Source of the DNA: an uncultured Candidatus Saccharibacteria bacterium
Lineage (GTDB): Bacteria > Patescibacteriota > Doudnabacteria > UBA920
Length of the DNA stretch: 64,000 bases
Direction: 5' to 3'
Assembly: GCA_964612745.1 (NCBI GenBank)
Contig: CAZTCH010000003.1
Span: 61,931 to 125,930, forward strand
Under the pieces are notes generated by a model. That model saw only the letters and a list, made by a program, of their open reading frames with translations. It was not told where the DNA came from and made no database searches. The first letter of the stretch is position 1; each line of letters starts with the position of its first letter. Shown here one piece after another: positions 28,861-40,270 of this stretch. The position numbers were made by a program, and so were the translations under genes.

Positions 28861-30419
28861 ACTGGCCTTTCTCCAAAAAAAATAAAAAACAAACATCTGC
28901 AACGGACGCGAGTATTCCGTTTTTTAACGTTATGCCGAAAGAAGTGGTGCAGAGCGGTGGTTTTGGCGCATCTTTTTTTGGTGGGCATCACGAAACAGTG
29001 GCACCAGCAAAGCCTGCTGCAGTAGCTGCTACTTTTGGTAGCGCTGCTCCTACAGTAGTACCTCCTGCTATCCACTCGAATACAACATCCGAGGTGGCGC
29101 AGGGAAAGCGTGTACAAAAGGTTCCGAATGCATCCCCAAAAACATGGCAGATTCTGGGTGGTGTCGTAGCAATTGTTTTTGCTTTTGGTGCGGTGTGGTA
29201 TGCCTATGTGACTTTTGGGGGGAGCACCGATGTATTTGATGGTATACAAAAACTGTGGCGAAGAGTGCCACCAATAGTAGAGAAGAAACCGAATACAACT
29301 GCAGCTGCTCCGACTGGTGCAGGTCTAGAGCCTGCGGGTGCGTCACAGATTAGCACTGACTGGCTCTTGGAACACTTCGAAGCTACTGACTGTGCAGATT
29401 GTTCTGACCTTGCTGACCCAGATGCAGATGGGGCAACCAACATGCAAGAGTTTCAAGCAAAAACCAACCCGAAGCAAAATGATACTGACACCGATGGCTT
29501 AGCAGATGGTGATGAGCTGCAAATATTTTTGTGCGACCCAGTTAATGCCCACACTGCTCGAAACCAAGAATTTACCGATGCAGATTACATGCGCGGAGGG
29601 TGGGACTGTGTATTCAATAGTACCGGTGATGTAAAACTGTCTGATGATCGCAAAAAACAGATTACAGAGAAGATTGCACAATTTGGCTTGCACGAACCAA
29701 GTAAAGCCACTTTGGGTGAACCGCTGACACAATTTGTAGTAGGTGCTACACCAACACCGACCAGCGCTACTCCAGAGCTTCCTTCGTTTGTCGATATCTC
29801 TGCAGATGCGCAGTTAGAGCGAGACATGCAACGGCTTACAACTATAAAGAATGTGGCTGCGGCTTTGTTACAGTATAAAAAAGAGTTGGGCGCATATCCC
29901 CAAGTGAGTAACTTTGCAGAAATGGCACAAAAAGTGAAACCATTCCTACAAGTAGCGACAAATGTAGTTGACCCCGTGAACGTCCGCCCAATGGTCTACG
30001 GCTACCAGCTCGACCAAAATGGAACTGCATTTTTACTGACCTACTACGCAGAAACACAAAAGCAAATTGCACGGTATACCGAGAGTAAAGCACGGATGGA
30101 TACAGCAGATGAAGGCGCGGAGAACAGAGACGTGCAACGGTCCGAAGATTTAGATAAAATCCGTGCCGCATTACTTATTTACTCAGCAGCAAATTCAGAA
30201 GCAAATGAAAGCTTTGTGTTTCCGCTGGCGAGTGTGTACGAGTCCAAAATTGCTCCGCAGTACATTCCTACCGTGCCTCGTGACCCTTTGACTGGTAAAG
30301 CGTACCCGTATGAGGTCAGTGGTGACGGTGCCACTTTCACGTTAAAAGCAGTGTACGAAAAGGCAGCAGCAGGTATGACAGGGTACTTGTGTAATCAAGA
30401 AGAGTGTCGGAATTATTAA
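28857..30419 (+). CDS. Hypothetical membrane-anchored extracytoplasmic protein with Ca-binding (thrombospondin type-3-like DxDxDG) repeats and two pseudopilin-like C-terminal modules.
   Basis: TM helix after a ~90-aa N-terminus. Repeats DPDADGATN, DTDTDGLADGDE. C-terminus …TVPRDPLTGKAYPYEVSGDGATFTLKA resembles the GspG/type IV pilin C-terminal fold. No prepilin N-terminus. Confidence 0.4.
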   Translation: MNWPFSKKNKKQTSATDASIPFFNVMPKEVVQSGGFGASFFGGHHETVAPAKPAAVAATFGSAAPTVVPPAIHSNTTSEVAQGKRVQKVPNASPKTWQILGGVVAIVFAFGAVWYAYVTFGGSTDVFDGIQKLWRRVPPIVEKKPNTTAAAPTGAGLEPAGASQISTDWLLEHFEATDCADCSDLADPDADGATNMQEFQAKTNPKQNDTDTDGLADGDELQIFLCDPVNAHTARNQEFTDADYMRGGWDCVFNSTGDVKLSDDRKKQITEKIAQFGLHEPSKATLGEPLTQFVVGATPTPTSATPELPSFVDISADAQLERDMQRLTTIKNVAAALLQYKKELGAYPQVSNFAEMAQKVKPFLQVATNVVDPVNVRPMVYGYQLDQNGTAFLLTYYAETQKQIARYTESKARMDTADEGAENRDVQRSEDLDKIRAALLIYSAANSEANESFVFPLASVYESKIAPQYIPTVPRDPLTGKAYPYEVSGDGATFTLKAVYEKAAAGMTGYLCNQEECRNY

Positions 30420-30434
30420 ACCTACCAACCGCAT

Positions 30435-30875
30435 ATGAATGTCTGGAAGTATATACAAAACTTATTTGCACCATCAGTAGGTTCGGCACCGTTAGAAACT
30501 ATATCTGCTAAAATTATTACCGCGCGGGTAGTCTCTTTCGAGAAGCACCCAAATGCAGATCGATTGCGCGTGGTAACGCTAGACTCTGGTACAGTTACCA
30601 TTGCCCCAGTGGTCTGTGGTGCTTCTAACTTTGCGGTAGGGGACGTTGTCGCACTGGCGCTCCCAGGGGCGCATATCCCGCAGAATATTCACTCAGAGGC
30701 GCACGAATCTTTTATGCTGGAAAAAGCTACTATACGAGGGGTGGAGAGCCAAGGCATGCTGTGTTCCGGCTTTGAGTTAGGCTTCCGCGACACGCCAGAG
30801 ACGAGAGAAGAGGGGATTTTGTTGTTTCCTTCCGAAACTGCACTGGGTCAGGATGTTATGAGTCTTAAAAAATAA
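30435..30875 (+). CDS. Stand-alone tRNA-binding domain protein (Myf/CsaA/Trbp111-like OB fold), equivalent to the PheT B2 domain.
   Basis: AKIITARVVSFEKHPNADRLRVVTLDSGT…VCGASNFAVGDVVALALPGA matches the tRNA-binding OB-fold normally at PheT residues ~40-150. Confidence 0.7.
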   Translation: MNVWKYIQNLFAPSVGSAPLETISAKIITARVVSFEKHPNADRLRVVTLDSGTVTIAPVVCGASNFAVGDVVALALPGAHIPQNIHSEAHESFMLEKATIRGVESQGMLCSGFELGFRDTPETREEGILLFPSETALGQDVMSLKK

Positions 30876-30887
30876 CAATGAGTACAA

Positions 30888-30921
30888 AAAGTCCGCTTTT
30901 TCAGGCGGGCTTTTTTTATTT
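30888..30921 (+). terminator. Rho-independent terminator.
   Basis: GTCCGC-TTTTTCAG-GCGGGC then TTTTTTTATTT. Confidence 0.5.
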
Positions 30922-30945
30922 GGCAGGGTTTGGTATTATATCTTC

Positions 30946-31989
30946 ATGAATATGAACGAACAGCTTGCAGCGTTTGAATCTGAGCTTGCCCAAGTGGTAA
31001 CCCCAGCGGAACTTAAAACGCTCAAGGATAAGTATATTGGTGGGTCAGGTGTGCTTAAAAAGTGGCTGTCCGAGCTCAAGTCTTTGCCTGAGTCAGAGAA
31101 GAAAGAGCGTGGACCAAAGCTCCAACAGTTTAAGCAAACTGTGGAAGCCCAGTTGGAGGTAGTGCGTAACAAACTTGAAGAAGGCACAGCGCACGCAGCC
31201 TTACAAAAAGATGCAGACGTGCTCAGTACGAGTTCAGAGAAGATTGGGCACTTGCATCCCATTAGCCAAACCATTCGTGATATGAATGCCTTTTTTGCAC
31301 GGATGGGTTTTAGCGTATACGACGGTCCAGAAATAGAGACTGACGAGTTTAACTTCCAAAGATTAAACGTACCAAAAGATCACCCAGCGCGGGATATGCA
31401 GGATACGTTTTATATTGACGCGCCAAACATCTTGCTGCGTACACAAACATCTTCTATTGAAGCACGCGCTCTTGCCAATCTAAAACCACCATTTCGCATT
31501 GTGTGTCCAGGGCGAGTATATAGAAACGAAAAGCCAAACAAGAGCAATCATTTTATTTTCCATCATTACCAAGGTGTAGTGGTACAAGAACGAACGAGTT
31601 TATCTGAGCTGTTTGGTCTTTTGGAAATGTTGTTCCGACACATGTACGGAGAAAAAGTAGTCATGCGTTTCAGAAGCAAATATTATCCAGAAGTGGAACC
31701 GGGGGTTGGGCCAGATATGCGCTGCTTTAACTGTGAAGGAAAAGGGTGTGTTGTGTGCAAACATGTCGGTTGGATAGAAATGGGTGGCGCTGGCATGATC
31801 CACGAAAAGATTCTGCGCGCGGCTGGCATTGACCCTAAAAAATATATGGGGTTTGCATTTGGTCTTGGGCTCGATCGTTGGGTTATGGCTAAATATGGTG
31901 TTGGTGATATTCGCGCCTTCTTGGGTGGAGATATCGCGTATCCTTATTTTGAAAAAGAGAAGCCGGCATTTGTTTCCAAAAAGATTTAA
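30946..31989 (+). CDS. pheS: Phenylalanine--tRNA ligase alpha subunit.
   Basis: 347 aa with class II motifs (FNFQRLNVPKDHPARDMQDTFYI…) and a C-terminal GFAFGLGLDR. Confidence 0.95.
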   Translation: MNMNEQLAAFESELAQVVTPAELKTLKDKYIGGSGVLKKWLSELKSLPESEKKERGPKLQQFKQTVEAQLEVVRNKLEEGTAHAALQKDADVLSTSSEKIGHLHPISQTIRDMNAFFARMGFSVYDGPEIETDEFNFQRLNVPKDHPARDMQDTFYIDAPNILLRTQTSSIEARALANLKPPFRIVCPGRVYRNEKPNKSNHFIFHHYQGVVVQERTSLSELFGLLEMLFRHMYGEKVVMRFRSKYYPEVEPGVGPDMRCFNCEGKGCVVCKHVGWIEMGGAGMIHEKILRAAGIDPKKYMGFAFGLGLDRWVMAKYGVGDIRAFLGGDIAYPYFEKEKPAFVSKKI

Positions 31990-31998
31990 CCAATACTC

Positions 31999-34005
31999 AT
32001 GAAAGCACTGTATAGCGAAATTAAAGAATTCTTACCCCAGTACAAAGGGACTCCAAAAGCGGTTTGTGATGCGCTCTCACTGACCGGTATTTTGGTTGAT
32101 TCGTTTACCGAAGTGAAAATTGGTGGCAAGCGTGACTACGTTATTGGGCTGGAAGTACGCCAAAACAGACCAGATTGTCTTGGTGTGGTTGGTGTAGCGC
32201 GCGAAGTAGCAGCGTACCTTGGTACGCCTTTTGTATTGCCAGCACACAAAGCACCAGCAGGGGTGCTGAAAAAGATGTCGGTAAAAGTTTCTGCAGCAGG
32301 TGACGTTGCTCGGGTGGTGACCGCAGAGATAGCAGGGCTCGACAACAGCAAAAAAACGCCAGAGTGGTTAGCACAGGCACTGCAAGCACATGGCATGAAC
32401 ACCGTGAGCTTTTTGGTGGATATTTCCAACTACGTCATGCTGATGACTGGTTTTCCGAACCATATTTTCGATGCCGGAAAAATAGTCGGTGGGTTGGAGT
32501 GGCAGCGCATGCCAAAGACAGATACCTTTACTACACTCGACGGTACAACCTTGGAACTCACGAAAGGAAAGCAGCTAGTTATTTCGGATAACCTTGGCCC
32601 ACTAGTACTTGCCAGTGCTATTGGCGGCAGGAGAAGTGCTATTTCCGAACGTACGTCTGCAATTATTGCCGAAGTTGCAGTATATGACCCCGCAAAAATG
32701 CGCGCAGATGCACGAACGTTGAAAGTGTTCACCGAAGCGTCTAACAGGTTAGAAAAAGACTTGTCTGCTGAAATGGCCAGATGGGCACTTGAATATTTGA
32801 TTAAATCACTCATAGAGATTGGTGGTGGTCGCCAAGCATCTGCCGTTTTTGACTACTACCCGAAACAAGCAAAAACAGCAGTGGTGAAAGTTGCGACGAC
32901 TGCCGAATTTATTTCTCGAGTTGGTGGCGTAACCATTACCGCACAAGAAGCAGAGCGTTTGTTAAAGCGCCTTGGGTTCTTAGTGGTACGCAAAGCAGAG
33001 CGCTTGGAAGTGCAAGTGCCTTCATGGCGCACAGACGTAATCAGTGAGTCAGACATTGCAGAAGAAGTTCTGCGCCTTCGCGGGTTCAATACTATTCCGA
33101 GTGTTGCGCCTGTGTTTGTACCAGTACCAGATGTAACCCCAGCAAGGGTAGTGCTCATGGATCAGGTTCGGACAGTGTTGCCAGAATATGGCTTTGATGA
33201 AGCGCTGACATTGCCTATGACCACCACCGCGCAGAATTTGTTAACTGCATGGCAAGCGGGGACCGAAATTAAAACACAGAACGCAATAAACGAAGAACTT
33301 CCTGTGCTCCGGCAAGGGTTGGCATTTGGTCTTATGGCGCAACAGCATGCGTACTTACGTAAAGATGTAGAGCATATTGCTTTATTCGAAATTGGGAAGG
33401 TATTTGGTAAAGTTGGTAAGCGCCATATAGAGCCAGACAGGCTTGGGCTGCTGCGACACGCTCCAACAGGAGAATCTTCCTTGCAGCTACTCCAGCACGG
33501 AGTGGAGCGGTTACTTCGCTCTCTTGGGGCGAGTAAGATTGCATATGAAGCTGCTCTGGAAACGCCACCACTCGCAAACCCATTTTCCTGTTTTGCTATA
33601 ACTGTGGCAGGGAAGCCAGTAGGGATTTTGTACAAGATGCAAAATCAGTCCCTGACGGGGAATAAAGTTGTGTCCAATACGAGCTATGCGGAAATTGATA
33701 TTGCAACCCTCTTGGAACAACTCCAGTCGAGCAAAGTACGAGGAGCAGTAGAACTGACCGGTAAGCTCGTTGTGCTCGATGCAAACGTCGTTGTGGCGCA
33801 GCGTGCAGATATTACGGAAACTATAGAGTCTGTATATAAGCATGCGGGTCGTCCAGCAATTTGGTCGTGCGAGGTGGTAGATGAATATGCGCTGCCCGAT
33901 GCTCGAATTCGATATACGGTACGAGTAAGCTATTTTGGCCTCTCTGACGCGCAAGCAAAATCACTCCACGATAAGATTTTTACAACCAATTCCATCCCTG
34001 CGTAA
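31999..34005 (+). CDS. pheT: Phenylalanine--tRNA ligase beta subunit lacking the internal tRNA-binding (B2) domain.
   Basis: 668 aa. The B1-like N-terminus goes directly into the B3 motif (NRPDCLGVVGVAREVA) at residue ~55. B5, B6/7 and the FDX-ACB-like C-terminus are present. Confidence 0.9.
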   Translation: MKALYSEIKEFLPQYKGTPKAVCDALSLTGILVDSFTEVKIGGKRDYVIGLEVRQNRPDCLGVVGVAREVAAYLGTPFVLPAHKAPAGVLKKMSVKVSAAGDVARVVTAEIAGLDNSKKTPEWLAQALQAHGMNTVSFLVDISNYVMLMTGFPNHIFDAGKIVGGLEWQRMPKTDTFTTLDGTTLELTKGKQLVISDNLGPLVLASAIGGRRSAISERTSAIIAEVAVYDPAKMRADARTLKVFTEASNRLEKDLSAEMARWALEYLIKSLIEIGGGRQASAVFDYYPKQAKTAVVKVATTAEFISRVGGVTITAQEAERLLKRLGFLVVRKAERLEVQVPSWRTDVISESDIAEEVLRLRGFNTIPSVAPVFVPVPDVTPARVVLMDQVRTVLPEYGFDEALTLPMTTTAQNLLTAWQAGTEIKTQNAINEELPVLRQGLAFGLMAQQHAYLRKDVEHIALFEIGKVFGKVGKRHIEPDRLGLLRHAPTGESSLQLLQHGVERLLRSLGASKIAYEAALETPPLANPFSCFAITVAGKPVGILYKMQNQSLTGNKVVSNTSYAEIDIATLLEQLQSSKVRGAVELTGKLVVLDANVVVAQRADITETIESVYKHAGRPAIWSCEVVDEYALPDARIRYTVRVSYFGLSDAQAKSLHDKIFTTNSIPA

Positions 34006-34117
34006 TTCCAGACGAATGATATAAAAATACCGCATAAATGTGCGGTATTTTTATATCTTCGATTACCTATACTGCGCTAAATTTTGTGTATTTTGTGGTA
34101 TACTATTTATAACGTAT

Positions 34118-34789
34118 ATGCAGCAACTACTCCAAAAAATAAAAGCTTTTTTTGGCTTTCAGAAAGCCCCAGCAGTGCCTGTTCGGCTTCGACCAGCGGA
34201 GCAGTTGGAGCGCAAGCTAGCAAGCCTCCCTCCAGCTGATGCAGTCAAAGAAATGCAACAGTTGCAGAGTGAAGTAGAGCAAGTGCTTGTGAAAACAACT
34301 ACGTTTGCAGAACGCGATGAGCAGTTAGAATTGTTGTTTTGGATAGCTCGTGCATTGCGCCAACGTACGTTGGGTGTCGATTTTGCCTACGAAGAGTTGC
34401 TCGGGAAGTGTACCGAAGCATATGCGAAAGAAGTGACTGACGGTGAGCCATTACTTAAGTCGCTCGATCAATACATTCAGCAGTTCGAGGAGCACATTTA
34501 TTTAACAGAAGCGACTGGTCAGTATCTCTTTCGTATTTCAGAAAATAAGCGATTTGTGCAGCTACCGTTCTTGGGTGAGCGGATGCAAAAGAGTGCACGG
34601 CGAAAGTCCGCACAAGCCTATCTCGACAAGTTGGCTACGCGCTCCTACGCGCTGCCATTTTTAGAGCTAGGAGAACAGGTGCCATGGCTGCCGCTGTCGT
34701 TCATAGATTTTATGGCACAAGCACGAACACAGAAAATGGTCTTTCTGACAGATGGCGTTGGGTACTATGTCTACGCACAGAATAAGTAA
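34118..34789 (+). CDS. Hypothetical protein.
   Basis: 224-aa ORF from MQQLLQKIKAF. The upstream in-frame ATG at 34040 is less likely because TTGTGT…TGgTATACT promoter-like elements sit at ~34085-34108. Confidence 0.35.
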   Translation: MQQLLQKIKAFFGFQKAPAVPVRLRPAEQLERKLASLPPADAVKEMQQLQSEVEQVLVKTTTFAERDEQLELLFWIARALRQRTLGVDFAYEELLGKCTEAYAKEVTDGEPLLKSLDQYIQQFEEHIYLTEATGQYLFRISENKRFVQLPFLGERMQKSARRKSAQAYLDKLATRSYALPFLELGEQVPWLPLSFIDFMAQARTQKMVFLTDGVGYYVYAQNK

Positions 34790-34808
34790 TGCAAGTATTG
34801 AAAAATAA

Positions 34809-36896
<2,088 letters not shown>

Positions 36897-36952
36897 GAAT
36901 AAATGTTGGAATACCCTTGGCCTTGGGTGTGCGTCGGTATCGTGCTGCTTGC

Positions 36953-36981
36953 TTGACGATTTCGTCTTGCTGCAGTATAAT
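36953..36981 (+). promoter_or_regulatory. Sigma-70-like promoter (TTGACG, 17-nt spacer, TATAAT) upstream of secE.
   Basis: TTGACG at 36953-58 and TATAAT at 36976-81 with exactly 17 nt between them. Confidence 0.4.
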
Positions 36982-36993
36982 AAGCGCATAAAT

Positions 36994-37014
36994 AAAGGCC
37001 TCGGTGAGGCCTTT
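36994..37014. terminator. Perfect 9-bp hairpin AAAGGCCTC-GGT-GAGGCCTTT flanked by A- and T-runs.
   Basis: Sits between gyrB and secE, right downstream of the promoter-like element. Could be the gyrB terminator or a 5' stem-loop of the secE transcript. Confidence 0.45.
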
Positions 37015-37030
37015 TAAAAAAGACTATTTT

Positions 37031-37213
37031 ATGGGGAAAATTATTCGTTTTTTCAAAGAAGTGTACGGGGAAATGCAGAAAGTGGTATGGCCTTCTCGTA
37101 AGCAGACGCTGTATTACTCTGCACTTGTTATTGGGTTTTCGTTAGTCATGGCGCTCTTTTTGGGAGCTGCCGACTACGGGCTTTTAAAACTGTTTGAAAA
37201 AATAGTCGCGTAA
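37031..37213 (+). CDS. secE: Preprotein translocase subunit SecE.
   Basis: 60 aa with …MQKVVWPSRKQTLYYSALVIGFSLVMALFLGAADYGL, a single TM helix. Precedes nusG as in the canonical secE-nusG-rplK order. The ORF-track start at 37004 is a GTG inside the hairpin. Confidence 0.8.
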   Translation: MGKIIRFFKEVYGEMQKVVWPSRKQTLYYSALVIGFSLVMALFLGAADYGLLKLFEKIVA

Positions 37214-37255
37214 TGAGTGTGACTGCTAGCTAATTAATTTTTTTCTTTTACTCCT

Positions 37256-37801
37256 ATGCCTCGACAACAAGTAACTGGTCAGCGACATTGGTATGTGCTG
37301 CACACGTACAGTGGGTATGAAGACTCCGTTGCGGTAAACCTCCGCCAACGTATAGAAAATCTTGGAATGGAAGACCAGATTTTTGATGTCATGGTTCCAA
37401 AAGAGAAGAAGGTAAAGATTAAAGACGGCAAGCGGACCACTACCGAAGAAAAGATTTTCCCTGGGTATGTACTCGTGGAAATGATTGTGACTGACGAGTC
37501 TTGGTATGTCGTACGTAACACCCCTAACGTCACGGGGTTCGTTGGCAGCGGTACTATTCCAACTCCGATTGATCCAGAAGAAATGCTTGGTTTGCAAAAG
37601 CGTACCGCAACAGAAGAACCAAAGTTCAAAGTTGACTTGCGTAAGGATGACTTAGTACGCATTTCCGACGGTCCTTTTAAAGACTACGAAGGTAAAGTGG
37701 CAGAAATTGATGAAGCAAAGGGGAAGGTGAAAGTGCTCGTTACTATCTTCGGTCGCGAAACTCCAGTCGAACTTGATTTCCTGCAAGTGAAGAAATCCTA
37801 G
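37256..37801 (+). CDS. nusG: Transcription termination/antitermination factor NusG.
   Basis: NGN domain (HWYVLHTYSGYE…IFPGYVLVEM) plus C-terminal KOW (LVRISDGPFKDYEGKV). Confidence 0.9.
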   Translation: MPRQQVTGQRHWYVLHTYSGYEDSVAVNLRQRIENLGMEDQIFDVMVPKEKKVKIKDGKRTTTEEKIFPGYVLVEMIVTDESWYVVRNTPNVTGFVGSGTIPTPIDPEEMLGLQKRTATEEPKFKVDLRKDDLVRISDGPFKDYEGKVAEIDEAKGKVKVLVTIFGRETPVELDFLQVKKS

Positions 37802-37818
37802 TTTATAGCTTTTTTGTT

Positions 37819-37842
37819 AGCTTTTAGTGAGTACTAAAAGCT
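37819..37842. other. 10-bp perfect hairpin AGCTTTTAGT-GAGT-ACTAAAAGCT in the nusG-rplK spacer.
   Basis: Seen directly. No T-tract follows. The spacer also contains CCAAAG…CTTTGG and repeated AAAAGCTA units. Confidence 0.4.
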
Positions 37843-37961
37843 AATGCTAAAAGCCACAAGCTTTTCAGGCAGCCAAAGATTCCTTTGGGCTTCTCTCCCT
37901 GTTTGTTAACTTTGTATTAAATCTAAAAGCTACTAGCTATAAGCTAACAGCTATTACATAT

Positions 37962-38387
37962 ATGGCAAAAAAGATTAAAGTAGTTGTAAAGCTACAACTA
38001 CAAGCTGGAAAGGCGACTCCTGCGCCACCGGTTGGTACTGCCCTTGGTCCCCATGGGTTGAACATTGCACAATTCGTAAAAGAGTTTAACGACCAGTCCG
38101 CTCCAATGGGGGACACAGTTGTGCCAGTGCTCATGACGATCTACGAAGATCGTACCTATAGCTTCATTCTCAAAACTCCACCAGTACCAAACTTGATCAT
38201 GAAGGCAATTGGTGTTCCAAAAGGAGCAGCAAACCCTCTGACCAACAAGGTTGGTAAAATTACCAAAGCACAAGTACGCGAAATTGCTGAAAAGAAATTG
38301 AGCGACTTGAACACTACCGACGTTGAAGCAGCAATGCGCACCGTTATGGGTAGTGCCCGCAGCATGGGTGTGGAAGTGATTGAATAA
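37962..38387 (+). CDS. rplK: 50S ribosomal protein L11.
   Basis: MAKKIKVVVKLQLQAGKATPAPPVGTALGPHGLNI… is the canonical L11 N-terminus. Confidence 0.95.
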   Translation: MAKKIKVVVKLQLQAGKATPAPPVGTALGPHGLNIAQFVKEFNDQSAPMGDTVVPVLMTIYEDRTYSFILKTPPVPNLIMKAIGVPKGAANPLTNKVGKITKAQVREIAEKKLSDLNTTDVEAAMRTVMGSARSMGVEVIE

Positions 38388-38492
38388 TCATTGCAGCATG
38401 CAAACATAGAAACATTTAAACTCTAGGCGCAGTACTCGTACTTGCTTATATGTTTAAATGTTTTTATGCTTTAGAAGTAGGTTAGTAAAATA

Positions 38493-39248
38493 TTGTTTAT
38501 GGAAATACTCATTGGTATAGTGATAGTCGTGGCGCTGCTCGGACTACGGGTGGTGCAGCAGTACGAAAAGGGTGTCGTGTTTCGGTTTGGAAAAGTGGTC
38601 GGGATAAAAGAGCCAGGGTTGTCTTGGGTGCTACCACTGATTGATGTGGTGAAGCGGGTGGACATGCGTACCATTACCATGCCGATACCGCCACAGAAAA
38701 TTATTACTCGGGACAACGTGTCAGTAGACGTGTCTGCAGTTGCGTACTACAAAACAACAGACGCAGTTAAAAGTTTGGTAGAAATCCAAAATGTGTTTGC
38801 TGCAATTAACCAAATTGCGCAAACTTCGGTGCGAAACATTGTGGGTAAATTTCAGTTAGACGAAATTTTGAGTGAGCGCGAAACTATTAACGCCGCTATT
38901 ACAAAAGTACTCGACACGCATACGGAAGGGTGGGGAGTAGTAGTGCCGGTAGTAGAGATAAAAGACATAGAGCTGCCCGAAGGGATGCAGCGTGCTATGG
39001 CGAAACAAGCCGAAGCAGAACGTGAGAAGCGTGCTAAGATAATAGCAGCGGAAGGAGAAGCATTAGCCGCAGCAAAACTGGCCGAAACCGCGGATATAAT
39101 GGCGGCACACCCAATTGCGCTCCAGTTGCGTAATTTGCAAACTATGTCAGAAATTTCGGTAGAGAAAAACTCCACCATAATTTTCCCTGCTCAGTTCATG
39201 AGCACAGTGCAAGACGTTAAGAAGTTTATGGAATCGGAGCACTCGTAA
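38493..39248 (+). CDS. SPFH/band-7 (stomatin/prohibitin-like) domain protein.
   Basis: N-terminal TM helix, then the SPFH core (…[31 protein letters not shown]…) and a C-terminal Ala/Glu-rich coiled coil ([23 protein letters not shown]). Confidence 0.8.
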   Translation: MFMEILIGIVIVVALLGLRVVQQYEKGVVFRFGKVVGIKEPGLSWVLPLIDVVKRVDMRTITMPIPPQKIITRDNVSVDVSAVAYYKTTDAVKSLVEIQNVFAAINQIAQTSVRNIVGKFQLDEILSERETINAAITKVLDTHTEGWGVVVPVVEIKDIELPEGMQRAMAKQAEAEREKRAKIIAAEGEALAAAKLAETADIMAAHPIALQLRNLQTMSEISVEKNSTIIFPAQFMSTVQDVKKFMESEHS

Positions 39249-39411
39249 TTAAATAAACCACAGATACACCCGACTTCGCTAAGGCTACGACGGGCAGGCA
39301 GATATAACTGATTAAACAGATACCGTTTCTGGGCTCTGTTTGAATCCGTATAAGTAGTGTATTAGTGGGGTATGCGCCCAGTATTAAGAAGACGTTGGTA
39401 GCAAAAAATCT

Positions 39412-39762
39412 ATGCGTACGTATAACGTCACTATATTGTTCGGGGTCTGTGTGGCTATAACAGGGGCAGTTCTTTTTGAGCGGTATTTTATGAACTTTGG
39501 TTCCACACTTATTCCAAGTGAGACCGGCATATACTTCTTAGCCGTTGGTTTAATTGCCGTGTTTGTTGGGCTGTACGGAAGGAGTAGGGTAAAGACAATA
39601 GCCTCATCCCAACTAAGCTCTCAAACTGAGCCAGCTACACAGTTTAGTTTTGTCCGAGTTGGAGTTACTGTTTCTTTGATTGTGCTGCTGGTAGCGATAG
39701 CATTTGCGTTTATCCTTCTTTACTATTTCTCAACAGTTCGATGTGATGGCTGTATAATGTAG
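39412..39762 (+). CDS. Hypothetical small membrane protein.
   Basis: 116 aa with 3 predicted TM helices. Confidence 0.35.
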   Translation: MRTYNVTILFGVCVAITGAVLFERYFMNFGSTLIPSETGIYFLAVGLIAVFVGLYGRSRVKTIASSQLSSQTEPATQFSFVRVGVTVSLIVLLVAIAFAFILLYYFSTVRCDGCIM

Positions 39763-39796
39763 GTCTTGTTGAGTGTGAGTTGTCATAAAAATATTA

Positions 39797-40159
39797 ATGT
39801 ATACATCAATGCATAACATCAAAAAAATCTATTTGTATTTGGTTTCGACGATCGCCCTGGTTATTTGGGTGGTGGGGGCAATCATGTTGGTAAACATGGG
39901 GCTCAAAGCATGGGTCTTTACTAAAGCAGACAACTACTCCTACTACTCTGCGCCACGAGCAGAAATTTGCTCACAGGCAAACGTAGACACAAAAATGTAC
40001 CCAGAGTGTGTCTCAGGGTACGCTGAGCAGCAAAAGGCCATGGAAGAGGCGAATAGGGCTTCCCAACGCCAGCGTGACGCTGCCCAAGCATTGTCTATGA
40101 TCCTGATTGCTGCCCCTGTTTGGTTCTTCCACTGGCGACTTGCCAGAAAAGAGCAATAA
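39797..40159 (+). CDS. Hypothetical small membrane protein.
   Basis: 120 aa with an N-terminal TM helix, a Cys-containing periplasmic stretch and a C-terminal TM helix. Confidence 0.35.
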   Translation: MYTSMHNIKKIYLYLVSTIALVIWVVGAIMLVNMGLKAWVFTKADNYSYYSAPRAEICSQANVDTKMYPECVSGYAEQQKAMEEANRASQRQRDAAQALSMILIAAPVWFFHWRLARKEQ

Positions 40160-40224
40160 TGGTAGAATAAATCACTTAATTAATTTGTGGGAGAGCTTAC
40201 GCTCGAAAGTGTTTTAGTGTGCAC

Positions 40225-40270
40225 CACCCCGCTGAGCGGGGTTATGGTCACGCTAAGCGTGACCACGAAA
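40225..40270 (+). promoter_or_regulatory. Two adjacent hairpins in the rplA 5' leader; candidate L1 autoregulatory 23S rRNA mimic.
   Basis: CCCCGCTGAGCGGGG and GGTCACGCTAAGCGTGACC stem-loops 10-50 nt upstream of the rplA ATG. Confidence 0.35.
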
